DNA of 64,000 nt from an uncultured Acidobacteriota bacterium (lineage in GTDB: Bacteria; Acidobacteriota; UBA6911). Below are positions 40,998 through 49,692 of this stretch, one piece after another. The notes beneath the pieces are model-generated. The model saw only the letters and a program-made list of their open reading frames with translations, made no database searches and was not told the DNA's origin. A program made the position numbers and the translations under genes. Where the stretch lies: assembly GCA_963827655.1 (NCBI GenBank), contig CAWHCF010000041.1, positions 64,001 through 128,000 on the forward strand, read 5' to 3'. Position 1 is the first letter of the stretch. The number at the start of each line of letters is the position of its first letter.

Positions 40998-43900
40998 CTA
41001 TTCCTTCTCTGCCAGCTTCTCGTTTGCTTCCCGCAAGCGGCCTGTCAGAAGGCGGATGATGGCGTTCATGATCTGCGGGTGGCCGCTCATCACCTCGAAA
41101 AAGTCTTCCTGAGTGACTTTGAGCAGAGTGGTATCTTCCAGCACCGCTGCATCGGCCGAGCGCGGCGCCTGATCGAGGACAGCCATCTCTCCCAGACACT
41201 GCCCCTTGCGCAGCACTGCCAGTTCCTTGCCCCCCTTTTGGATGCGGACAACACCGGCGGCCACGATGTACAGACAATCGCCGTAGTCTCCATCCGAAAA
41301 AATGGTGGCATGCGCAGGGAAAGACACTTCCTCGGTTATTTGCGCGACACGGGACAGGGTCTCCGCTGGAATCTCGGCAAATAGACTGACGGATTTGAGC
41401 AGGATCGTCTTTTCAAGCGTCGAATACATCGTTCGGACCTCCCTCTCGTGTGCGAACCGGCTCACCGGCACCACGCCGCTCAACCCAGCATCGCCTCGAG
41501 CCACGCGGGACACCAACTCACAGGTCAGCGGCGATACCGGAACCTTCTGCCAATCGATTGTCTTTGGACCTGCCTTGTCTCTCGTGCGAAATAGAAAATC
41601 CAGGGCAATCACAGATTCCCAGTCGTTGGCGGAGTAGGCCGCCTCCTCCAGGACGGCATACTGTTCTCGCGGTAAGTCGTCAAATAACTGGCCACCTATC
41701 TGGCTGCGTTGTTCAACCGACAGAGGTTCAACCAGGGGGCTGATTCGCCGCCGATCCTCCATGGGCAAGATTGTCTCGAACAACTCCAGGACAAAGGGCA
41801 AGCGCGCCGGATCCTTGGAGCGAATGGTCTGAATGCAGGTCTCGATCGGCGCGTCCGGAGTCGAAAGAACCTGGAGTTTGAGCAAGGGCAGGAGACTCAG
41901 ATTAAACTCGTTGGTGAAATGGTCGCGAAGCAAGCGGGCATCGTCCTCGGGGGGAAGCAGGTGTAGTTTCTGGTTCATCACGTAGGCCTTGCGGGTAAGT
42001 TTGTCCGCCTCTTCGGCTGCCTCGCCGGCTACCTGGCTGGGGATCGGGTGTCGCCGGGAGACCGCGAGCAGCGCATCCACGGTCTCCTGGTAGGCGCTGC
42101 GCTCCCGTTGTTCAAGCGACCGAGACAAAAGTCTGGCAGTGGCATCCCCTGGGTAACTCTTGAGCGTGCGCAGCATCCCGAGTTTCAGCCCTTCGGAAAG
42201 CCCGGGTTCTTTGAGCCGCTGCTCGATTTGGGCAATCACCTTCGCTTGAGGGAACTGGTTGAGAACGGAGCGGGCCAGCAGCGCGGTGCCGGGAATCGCA
42301 AGACTGGAGATAATCGCAGGCAACAACGCTTCGTCGCGGCGGCTGGCCGCGATGGCCAGGGCGGCTTCCCGAACCTCCGGTGTCCCGCTCTCCAGAAAAC
42401 CGATGAGTCGGGGGCCGGAAAGCATGGCAAACTCCTGATCCAACTGTTCCAGCGCCAGCGCCTGCTCACCGCTGGGCCCGTCGAGCATACCGTTCAGGAT
42501 CGCCCGGGCTTCTTCCACGGGTCCTTGTCTCAAGCGTAAAATGGCAGCCGCGGCCGCAGCCCTTAGCCGCGGATCGGCTGCCCCAAGGTGCATCTGTAGC
42601 TGGGGAAGGACGGAGTGGAGCCGTCGTTTCCCGGCCACGGCCATGGCGGCGCCGGCGATCTCACTTTGCTCGCCGATCGCCTTGGCCACAACTTCATCAG
42701 AGAGAACGACAGGGTCGTCGGACGCAAGCGTCAGAATACGCCGGCGCACCTCCTGGGAACCACTTGCGAAGAGTTCCCCAAGGGTATGGGCCCAGGGTCC
42801 ATGGGGCATTCGGTCGATAAGCTCCAGCGCAAAGAGTCGCTGAATTTCGTCGTCACTCCGGAGCGCCTTGTCGATGCTGGCCACGATGACAGAATCGTGC
42901 GCATCCAGCGCGAGCTCTTCGGTATCGAGCCCATGTTTTTCGATCGCGACCTCTAAGGCGCGCACATAGTAACCCTTCAACCGCATAGCGGTGAAAATCC
43001 AGACGGCGCAGGCCGCCAGCGTGAGAATGCTCAGGTACTGGAGCGCCAATACCTTGACCAGAAAGAAGCAGACGACACCCGAGGCTCCTTCCGCCACTGA
43101 CTTCATGGTGCCGCTGATCAACGGCTTGAAAGTCTGCCGCCTCTCGGGAGGCACCGGGAGCCAAAGCAGCTCAAGCGAAGAATGGTGAATGGTAAACTTC
43201 AAACTTTGGTCGGAAAATTTCGCCAGCACCGCGCTCGCCAAGACCGGCGCCACCAGGACTGCGGTCGCGCCCGCAATCGAGGCCAAGGGCAAGATCAGGA
43301 GCCCTGCAAGAATTCCGATTTGCGAAAGAACGAAACCTGTCAGCAGAAACTGCACCACGAGCGTGCTGGCGCCGGTCAGCGCGTAGAATTGTCCGAAAAA
43401 GCCTACCAGGTCTTCCTCGCTGGCGAACGACTCGCTGGCAATCATCTTGAACTGGTAGTCCACCACCATGGTCACAATGGTGGAGGCGGCGATCACGACA
43501 GCAATTGACACCAGATAGGCATCGAAGGTCCTGGGCTGCCTGACAGTTCCCCGGCGCGGTCTTGATAGTATCGCCGGCGCGCGTTCGAAACGGGCGGCAA
43601 CCTGGGATACGACCCAGGCGGCGACAATGAATCCGGCCACAACCAGGAGTAGCGACTCCGAACCAAACGCGCTGACAAATGGTTTCAGCGCCGAGCCCAC
43701 AACAATCGCCGCCACCGAGCCGCCGGCCGCAATCAGACCAAACAGCCGTTTCGCCTGCCGGAGGTCAAACAGGTCGGCGGCCAGCAGCCAGAATTGCAGC
43801 CCCATGATCACGATGATGATGTTCATCCAGACATAAAGAAAGGGGATGGCCCAACCCTCCATACGCAGGCGGATGGCGGGCAGCGAAGCGGCGAACACCA

Positions 43901-44162
43901 GGTTGGTAAGGGTGAGCAGTTGCCCGGGCGTCAGGCGCTGGGAAATCCGCCCGTAAAGGTTAACAAAAATGGCGACCGCCACGGCGACCGCCACGAACAT
44001 CAAGGGTAGCAGTGACTTGCTGTAGCGGCTCAGGAAATAGGCGTCGCTCGCAGATTTGCCTCCGATGGTAACCGCTACGACAGCGAAGTAATAGCAGAAC
44101 AGGGTTAGAACCTTGGGGATTTCTTCTCGACGGACGGTGGGGGCGGTCCGCAGGAACCTCAT
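40998..44162 (-). CDS. NTT/TLC (Npt1-like) MFS transporter fused to HEAT repeats and a cNMP-binding domain
   Basis: About 12 TM with FW.LA.D.FD.RQAKRLFG and DYQFK; helical HEAT repeats; EKTILLKSV..F, GD.LYI, GEMA.LD..PRSA. Confidence 0.9.
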   Translation of the reverse strand: MRFLRTAPTVRREEIPKVLTLFCYYFAVVAVTIGGKSASDAYFLSRYSKSLLPLMFVAVAVAVAIFVNLYGRISQRLTPGQLLTLTNLVFAASLPAIRLRMEGWAIPFLYVWMNIIIVIMGLQFWLLAADLFDLRQAKRLFGLIAAGGSVAAIVVGSALKPFVSAFGSESLLLVVAGFIVAAWVVSQVAARFERAPAILSRPRRGTVRQPRTFDAYLVSIAVVIAASTIVTMVVDYQFKMIASESFASEEDLVGFFGQFYALTGASTLVVQFLLTGFVLSQIGILAGLLILPLASIAGATAVLVAPVLASAVLAKFSDQSLKFTIHHSSLELLWLPVPPERRQTFKPLISGTMKSVAEGASGVVCFFLVKVLALQYLSILTLAACAVWIFTAMRLKGYYVRALEVAIEKHGLDTEELALDAHDSVIVASIDKALRSDDEIQRLFALELIDRMPHGPWAHTLGELFASGSQEVRRRILTLASDDPVVLSDEVVAKAIGEQSEIAGAAMAVAGKRRLHSVLPQLQMHLGAADPRLRAAAAAAILRLRQGPVEEARAILNGMLDGPSGEQALALEQLDQEFAMLSGPRLIGFLESGTPEVREAALAIAASRRDEALLPAIISSLAIPGTALLARSVLNQFPQAKVIAQIEQRLKEPGLSEGLKLGMLRTLKSYPGDATARLLSRSLEQRERSAYQETVDALLAVSRRHPIPSQVAGEAAEEADKLTRKAYVMNQKLHLLPPEDDARLLRDHFTNEFNLSLLPLLKLQVLSTPDAPIETCIQTIRSKDPARLPFVLELFETILPMEDRRRISPLVEPLSVEQRSQIGGQLFDDLPREQYAVLEEAAYSANDWESVIALDFLFRTRDKAGPKTIDWQKVPVSPLTCELVSRVARGDAGLSGVVPVSRFAHEREVRTMYSTLEKTILLKSVSLFAEIPAETLSRVAQITEEVSFPAHATIFSDGDYGDCLYIVAAGVVRIQKGGKELAVLRKGQCLGEMAVLDQAPRSADAAVLEDTTLLKVTQEDFFEVMSGHPQIMNAIIRLLTGRLREANEKLAEKE

Positions 44163-44165
44163 CTA

Positions 44166-44374
44166 GGGCTCACGCAAGAATAACTATACACTTTGGTGGC
44201 CGCCCGCCGGTCAGGCGCGGAGCGGCTCGCTCCTTGGACGCTCGGCGTGATCGCTCGTAACAAGAGGTTCCGAGCGACCGTGATGACGAGGGGCCCGAAG
44301 CCCGCGTTGCGCCCCGTTGCACCTGCCGGCTGCGCGTTCGCGCCAGGGTGCACGTTTAATTCCGGCGCCGGCCT
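44166..44374. mobile_element. Diverged MITE-like element
   Basis: CTA|GGGCTCACGCAAGAATAA left end, imperfect right end TTAATTCCGGCGCCGGCC; lies 3 nt from the NTT start codon. Confidence 0.5.
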
Positions 44375-44437
44375 GAGCAACCCGGTTTTACTATGGCAAG
44401 GTAAACCAGCTAGCGCAATGCGACCCAAAGAGTGCGG

Positions 44438-45076
44438 TCACTCGTGAATGAACAGATACTCTTGCATTCCATGTGTCAGGAGAAACGAATTGTGCACTCG
44501 AAAGCCGACCATCATGTGAGTGAAGTCGCGTGGGGTGTGACGAGGAGAAGGTCGCATTTGCGAAGACTCGAATATGTACATCAGGGTCTGCTCATCCAGA
44601 ATCTTAAACTGGGTGGGCCGGGCCGGGATCTCCTTCAGCCGGGAACTCATGGCGAAAAGAAGTGTTCCCGGCCGGCAAAAATCGTTGAGATACCGGATGA
44701 GCGCTCGAATGTCTTCGCTCTGAAGGTAGTCGAGTACATTCCAGCTCAGGATGATGTCAAAGCGGGTATTCTTCGGAAAGGGAAGCCATTCGCCGAATGG
44801 GGGCTCCTCGACAAGCTCGCCATTCTGGGCTGCAACCCGCGATGAATCGAGGGTCGAGTACAGATCTTCTATGTAGATCTTGCTGGCGAACTCAGTCAGG
44901 AATTCGACGTTAATCCCAACCGAGGTTCCAAGGTCCAGAACATGACATTTGCGATCACTTCGCAGCTTCTGGACCAAGGCCCTCAGTCCGAGCGACCGGT
45001 GGGTTTCAACTCGATCAGGAGACGCCTGAACTCGCTCTCCTAGTTCCTTCGGACCGCGTGAGAAACCCCAAGTCAT
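44438..45076 (-). CDS. Class I SAM-dependent methyltransferase-like protein
   Basis: VLDLG motif, FDIILSWNVLDYL and RPG; TAATG coupling to bactofilin. Confidence 0.75.
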   Translation of the reverse strand: MTWGFSRGPKELGERVQASPDRVETHRSLGLRALVQKLRSDRKCHVLDLGTSVGINVEFLTEFASKIYIEDLYSTLDSSRVAAQNGELVEEPPFGEWLPFPKNTRFDIILSWNVLDYLQSEDIRALIRYLNDFCRPGTLLFAMSSRLKEIPARPTQFKILDEQTLMYIFESSQMRPSPRHTPRDFTHMMVGFRVHNSFLLTHGMQEYLFIHE

Positions 45077-45648
45077 TATGTCCTCGAGGTAGAAGACTCG
45101 GTTTTGAATGGGGCAGCGCCTTTCGCCGCCTCACTGGCCATCTCGCCCTTCTGAGGAGCGTCACTCCGATGCTTGCTCTCGGCCGTCACGCTCTGCGGGC
45201 GCAGCTTGTCAGAGCTCTTCGGCTCCATGTCGATGCTGCCCTTGAACTTGGAACCGTCTTCCAAAGATACCCGAGGGGCAACGATGTTTCCCCTGACGCT
45301 TCCGGACTGCCGCAGCAGGATCTGTTCTTCGCCGTACAGATTTCCCTCGACTTCCCCTTCGATGGTGATCAGCCTGCCATAAATGTCGGCCTTGATGCGC
45401 CCGCTCTTTCCCACTGTAACGTTATTCTGCTTCAAATCAATCTTGCCCTCGACCTGACCCTGGATGATCAGATCCTCACCGCCCGTGAGGTCGCCTTTTA
45501 TCGAAATCGAGGGCCCGATCGTGGCTCCCTCCTTCCGCGACTCGACGGGATTGCTGCCGCCGCTGCTGCTGCTGCTGCTGCTGCGGGGGGGAGCCGGGGT
45601 CGCCGCCGGCTCAGGCTGCTGAGGAAACTCATTCTCTTTTTTCCACAT
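45076..45648 (-). CDS. Bactofilin (polymer-forming cytoskeletal protein)
   Basis: ATIG.SISIKGDL.G.EDL.I.G.VEG.I beta-helix repeats ending A.RVSLEDG.KFKGSIDM. Confidence 0.93.
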   Translation of the reverse strand: MWKKENEFPQQPEPAATPAPPRSSSSSSSGGSNPVESRKEGATIGPSISIKGDLTGGEDLIIQGQVEGKIDLKQNNVTVGKSGRIKADIYGRLITIEGEVEGNLYGEEQILLRQSGSVRGNIVAPRVSLEDGSKFKGSIDMEPKSSDKLRPQSVTAESKHRSDAPQKGEMASEAAKGAAPFKTESSTSRT

Positions 45649-45824
45649 AAGAAGTGCTCCTCGAAAAAGGTTGATTTTGGTTTAATCTATTGGCTCAACC
45701 CTCGGAAGTCAAGCCATTAGCCAAACCCGGCCTTTGGGGAGTCTTCGGGCGACGAGGACTCAAGGACGTCATAGAGACGCAAAGGAGCAATTCACCGAGC
45801 TTTAGAATGGTTTATTCTGGCGCA

Positions 45825-46553
45825 ATGAAATCCTCGCCCATCCGACGCTACTGGAAGGAAACCAGACGCCCGATCTATTCTGCGGCACTGGTACTCCCTT
45901 TCTTTCTGATCTACCATTCGGGCACTTTTCTGCTCAAGACAACCTATATCAATGGCGCCGACGCCCTTATCATACGAATCCTCAGTGCTTTCTCGGTCCA
46001 ATCGATGTTTGCTTCCGCCCTCCTCCTGCTCACCTGTTTCCTGGTCTGGCAATGGAGGACCCGCGGCGGCTGGCAAATCGACCTGATGAAATTGCTCTCG
46101 ATGTTCGGAGAAAGCTTACTGTTCGCAGGACTACTCTTCTTCTTTTCGGGCTGGCTATCGGTGTACCTGAATCGTGCCGTCCTCTTAGACAGCGATGCCA
46201 CGACTACTACCGCATACGGCCGCCTCGGCTTGCTGATACTGTACTGCGGCGCCGGCGTCTACGAAGAGCTGCTTTTTCGTGCGATTCTTCTGGGACTGTT
46301 GAGCCTGATCTTTAGCCGAGTCTTGCAGATGAAACCGGTGCCTGCCGCGGCCTGGGCCATGACGACTGCCTCAGCGCTCTTTTCTCTTTTTCACTACATC
46401 GGACCCGCCGGAGATCCGTTCTCTACCAGCAGTTTTCTCCAGCGCACGTTCGGGGGGCTTTACTTCTCCGCCCTGTTTCTCCTGCGCGGCTTTGGCGTAA
46501 CCGCTGCATGCCACGCGTTATACGACATCTTCGTCGGCCTTCTCGTCAATTGA
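45825..46553 (+). CDS. CPBP (Abi/CAAX) intramembrane metalloprotease
   Basis: EELLFR, FSLFH and CHALYD motifs in a multi-TM protein. Confidence 0.88.
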   Translation: MKSSPIRRYWKETRRPIYSAALVLPFFLIYHSGTFLLKTTYINGADALIIRILSAFSVQSMFASALLLLTCFLVWQWRTRGGWQIDLMKLLSMFGESLLFAGLLFFFSGWLSVYLNRAVLLDSDATTTTAYGRLGLLILYCGAGVYEELLFRAILLGLLSLIFSRVLQMKPVPAAAWAMTTASALFSLFHYIGPAGDPFSTSSFLQRTFGGLYFSALFLLRGFGVTAACHALYDIFVGLLVN

Positions 46554-46636
46554 CGATTGACGATTGACGATTGACGATTAAACTTTGTAGCGACAAATGG
46601 CCAAGTTTTCAATCGTCAATCGTAAATCGTCAATCG
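46549..46636. repeat. Inverted heptamer arrays ATTGACG x4 / AATCGTC x~4
   Basis: Complementary arrays at 46549-46576 and 46611-46636 fill the intergenic space. Confidence 0.9.
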
Positions 46637-46637
46637 A

Positions 46638-47306
46638 ATGCGCATCACCCATGTGATCTATGATCTGGACGGCCTGCTCCTCGACACCGAGCGCTTCTAC
46701 ACCGAAGCTACTCGGGACATCGCGCGGCGCTACGGCAAGACCTTCGATTGGTCGATTAAATCTCTGGTAATCGGGAAACGAGCCTTGGACTCCGCAACCA
46801 TCCTTACCAGGTCACTGGAGTTGCCCATCACTCCCGCTGAGTATCTGAACGAACGGAACGAAGTGCTCGACCGCCTGTTGTTGCAGGCCGAACCGCAGCC
46901 CGGCGCCGTTCAACTCACCGAGCACCTGCACCGCCACCGGATTCCCCAGGCCATAGCCAGTAGTTCGGACCAACGCACCTTTGAGATTAAGACCACGCGT
47001 CATCGAGATTGGTTCAGTCTTTTCCACTGCGTCGTGCTCGGAGATGACCCCGCAGTCGTGCATGGGAAACCGGCGCCTGATATCTTCCTGGTTGCGGCAA
47101 GCCGGCTGAACGCAGCGCCCGAGCAATGTCTCGTCTTCGAAGACGCCCCGTCCGGCGTTCAAGCCGCGCTGGCTGCGGGCATGCGAGTCATTGCTGTGCC
47201 GGACCCCAACCTGGATCGACGCGCCTTCGCGGGTGCGGACCAGATATTGAACCAATTGACTGAATTTGATCCATCCGCGCTCGGGTTACCACCCCTGATT
47301 TTTTAG
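46638..47306 (+). CDS. HAD-IA hydrolase (pseudouridine-5'-phosphatase/GS1-like)
   Basis: YDLDGLLLDTE, ASSS, GKPAPDIFL and VFEDAPSG. Confidence 0.9.
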   Translation: MRITHVIYDLDGLLLDTERFYTEATRDIARRYGKTFDWSIKSLVIGKRALDSATILTRSLELPITPAEYLNERNEVLDRLLLQAEPQPGAVQLTEHLHRHRIPQAIASSSDQRTFEIKTTRHRDWFSLFHCVVLGDDPAVVHGKPAPDIFLVAASRLNAAPEQCLVFEDAPSGVQAALAAGMRVIAVPDPNLDRRAFAGADQILNQLTEFDPSALGLPPLIF

Positions 47307-47325
47307 CGTCTTTGCGCCTTCGCGG

Positions 47326-48435
47326 TTACGCGCTTCTCTTGCTAAAGAGAAAATCGGCGATGCGCCGGGCGGCGATCGCCGCTCCTCCGTTTGCCATCGT
47401 CATGACCGGCTCCGGCTGATCCCAGAGCGATTCCAGTGAATCTCCGAGCTCGCCCCGGTAAAGGCGAACCGATGGAATTTCCTGCTGCTTCAGGTATTTC
47501 TGGATCGCCTCGACCAGGATGCGGCACTCCGGGAAATCCGGACGGTCGATATAGAGCAGAGGCTTCCGGTTGACCACACATTCGGAGACTATGCCGAATC
47601 CAGGTTTGGAAACCACGCCATCCACCGAAGCCAGGACATCGGCAAACGGAACGCGAACGCGGTCAATGGTGTGGATGTTTTTGCGCTGCCAGGCCAGTGG
47701 GAGAACCGTGAAGAATTCATAGTCGGTCAGACTTTCTACGTTATCCAACGCCTCAGGCTTCCACTCGAGTGTGGCGAACGAAAGAAGCACCCATTTTTTC
47801 TCGGTCCGGCAACCGGAAAGCTCCGCGATCTCCGCTCGCCGATTCCTGCCGGGCAAGGCGACCAGCGGAATGTCCTCAATGCGCGGAAATGCGGCCATCG
47901 CTTCGCTGAAGGGCAGTCGCAGCAACAAATCGGCCTGGGAATAACCTTCAGCAAAGTACTGCCGGAGAGTCTTCCAGCGATGGTCGCTCTCGACGTAAGC
48001 CGAATAGATCCAATCCCAACCGAAATTGCCCACCGCAACTCGCGGAATTCCAACCCGAGCTGCAGATTCCAGCGGAATCGCCGGAATATCGACAACCACG
48101 AGCCCGATGCCCCCAGCCTTGAGAAACGACACCTCGGCCGCAGTATGGACCTCCCTGCGCGCATAGAGCGCTTCCACCTTGCGCAGGGTGGCGGGAAGGT
48201 CGATCCGGACCGAGTCCAGCTGCACCATTCCGACATCGAATGAAGCCGCTCGGAAGGAATTCCCAGCCGCAGGCAGGCGGTTCTTCAGAAAAGAAACCGG
48301 AAGATCGCTGACGATAATGACCGGCACCTCGGGATAACTCTGGTTGAAAGCGCGAATGATGTCGGACGAGCGGACTCCATGCCCAAAGCCATGGGCGCTC
48401 ACGTAGTAAGCCAATGCAGTTTGTTTGGGCGGCAT
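47326..48435 (-). CDS. GT-B fold glycosyltransferase-like protein (resembles the L-arabinokinase N-domain)
   Basis: YYVSAHGFGH..RS, DVG..Q.DS, NFGWDWIY, KPGFGIVSEC and R..F.E. Confidence 0.75.
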   Translation of the reverse strand: MPPKQTALAYYVSAHGFGHGVRSSDIIRAFNQSYPEVPVIIVSDLPVSFLKNRLPAAGNSFRAASFDVGMVQLDSVRIDLPATLRKVEALYARREVHTAAEVSFLKAGGIGLVVVDIPAIPLESAARVGIPRVAVGNFGWDWIYSAYVESDHRWKTLRQYFAEGYSQADLLLRLPFSEAMAAFPRIEDIPLVALPGRNRRAEIAELSGCRTEKKWVLLSFATLEWKPEALDNVESLTDYEFFTVLPLAWQRKNIHTIDRVRVPFADVLASVDGVVSKPGFGIVSECVVNRKPLLYIDRPDFPECRILVEAIQKYLKQQEIPSVRLYRGELGDSLESLWDQPEPVMTMANGGAAIAARRIADFLFSKRSA

Positions 48436-48491
48436 GGGTATCAAAGGCTTGTCTGACGCTTTGCGCTTTCGTGATGAGAGAGTGTCGCCGT

Positions 48492-49385
48492 CTACTTTTC
48501 CCAGATGCCCTCGGGGATTGGCTTGGCTTCGACAATCTCGACCAGAACCTCATTCGGTGCGAGGACGAAAAAGCTCTTGAGTTTGTAATCCTCGCGCACT
48601 GAGATCGGCTCGACGATTTGAACGCCGGCTGATTTCATTCGCTGAAAGACCGGCTCTATGGACCGGAAAGAAAAGGCGACGTGATCGATGGCTCGGCCCC
48701 TGGTCGGCGCCAGAGCCTTGAGCGGCGGATCGGGCCACCAGGGCGGGACGGGCTCGGTGTCAGGCTTTCCAAAGATGATAAAATTCACATTATCGCAGCG
48801 GAACGCGTTGGCCCAGACTCCGCGGGCGGCAACCATGTCTTTGGGCTTCGGCACGTCCCGAGTTCGTAGTGGAATCCCCAGGTGGTCCGCGTACCAGGCC
48901 GCCGTCTCGTTGACGTCATTTGCAAACAGGTGGACGTGAGCGAAGCGGTGATGCCCCATGGTATTGATTTCCACCAGTTCCTTGTCGGGGCCGCTGATGT
49001 ACATGTAGTAATTATCGGGACCGCGCAGTGGAGTCAGGGGCGTGTGGAAGGTGACGCCCTTCTTCTTGAGCCACTCGTACTCGTTGGCGACGTCGACTCC
49101 GCCCCAACCGATGTGCCATATGCCGCTGCGCAACTCGCTCGGCGGCGGGGCTTCAACTTTGTTCAGAAGAATAAAGGAGCGTTCGGTAAAAAGCGCATCA
49201 GAAACGCCCTGGAACTTCGTGGGAGTGGCGCCAAAAACGCTGGTGTAAAACTGGATGCTCTTTTCCGGGTTGGTGACATTCAGGTGCACATGGTGGAAGT
49301 GGGCTCGTTCGTCTTCGGCCTGCGGCGAACTCCGGCCGGCCAGGGCCAGAACGGCCAATATCAGGAGCCACTTCTTCAGCTTCAT
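48492..49385 (-). CDS. Secreted two-domain VOC/glyoxalase-family protein
   Basis: Signal peptide; HHVHL, HIGW, ELVE, HVHL, DHVAF and VEIVE metal motifs. Confidence 0.88.
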   Translation of the reverse strand: MKLKKWLLILAVLALAGRSSPQAEDERAHFHHVHLNVTNPEKSIQFYTSVFGATPTKFQGVSDALFTERSFILLNKVEAPPPSELRSGIWHIGWGGVDVANEYEWLKKKGVTFHTPLTPLRGPDNYYMYISGPDKELVEINTMGHHRFAHVHLFANDVNETAAWYADHLGIPLRTRDVPKPKDMVAARGVWANAFRCDNVNFIIFGKPDTEPVPPWWPDPPLKALAPTRGRAIDHVAFSFRSIEPVFQRMKSAGVQIVEPISVREDYKLKSFFVLAPNEVLVEIVEAKPIPEGIWEK

Positions 49386-49427
49386 GACATCCCTCCTTGA
49401 TCCACCACAAAGACTCGAAGACACTAA

Positions 49428-49640
49428 GTCATTGGTCATTTTCATTGGTCATTGGTCATCATGAAAAATGACTAATGAAGAATCCCGCTGTCGGTTCATC
49501 CCATTTTTATTCCTCATGATTCCTCATTTCTCATTGGCACTAAGGTTCGTTCGGGACTCTGACGATTGCAAACAGCGCCAATTGTCAATCGTCAATCGTC
49601 AATCGTCAATCGTCAATCGTCAATCGTCAATCGTCAATCG
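49428..49640. repeat. Heptamer arrays (CATTGGT-like; AATCGTC x7)
   Basis: CATTGGT units at 49429-49460 with a short complementary arm; seven perfect AATCGTC at 49587-49635. Confidence 0.9.
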
Positions 49641-49643
49641 CTC

Positions 49644-49673
49644 TTGACACCTCCAAGTCGCGGTGACTACAGT
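49644..49673 (+). promoter_or_regulatory. Putative sigma70 promoter
   Basis: TTGACA-N18-TACAGT directly after the heptamer array and upstream of the PSD1 gene. Confidence 0.45.
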
Positions 49674-49692
49674 GAACCAGGGAGAAACCGAA

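Noticed and set aside
49587-49640. ORF 49566-50099 with IVNRQSS repeats
   Set aside because: It is the translation of a non-coding heptamer array and overlaps the real PSD1 gene in another frame.
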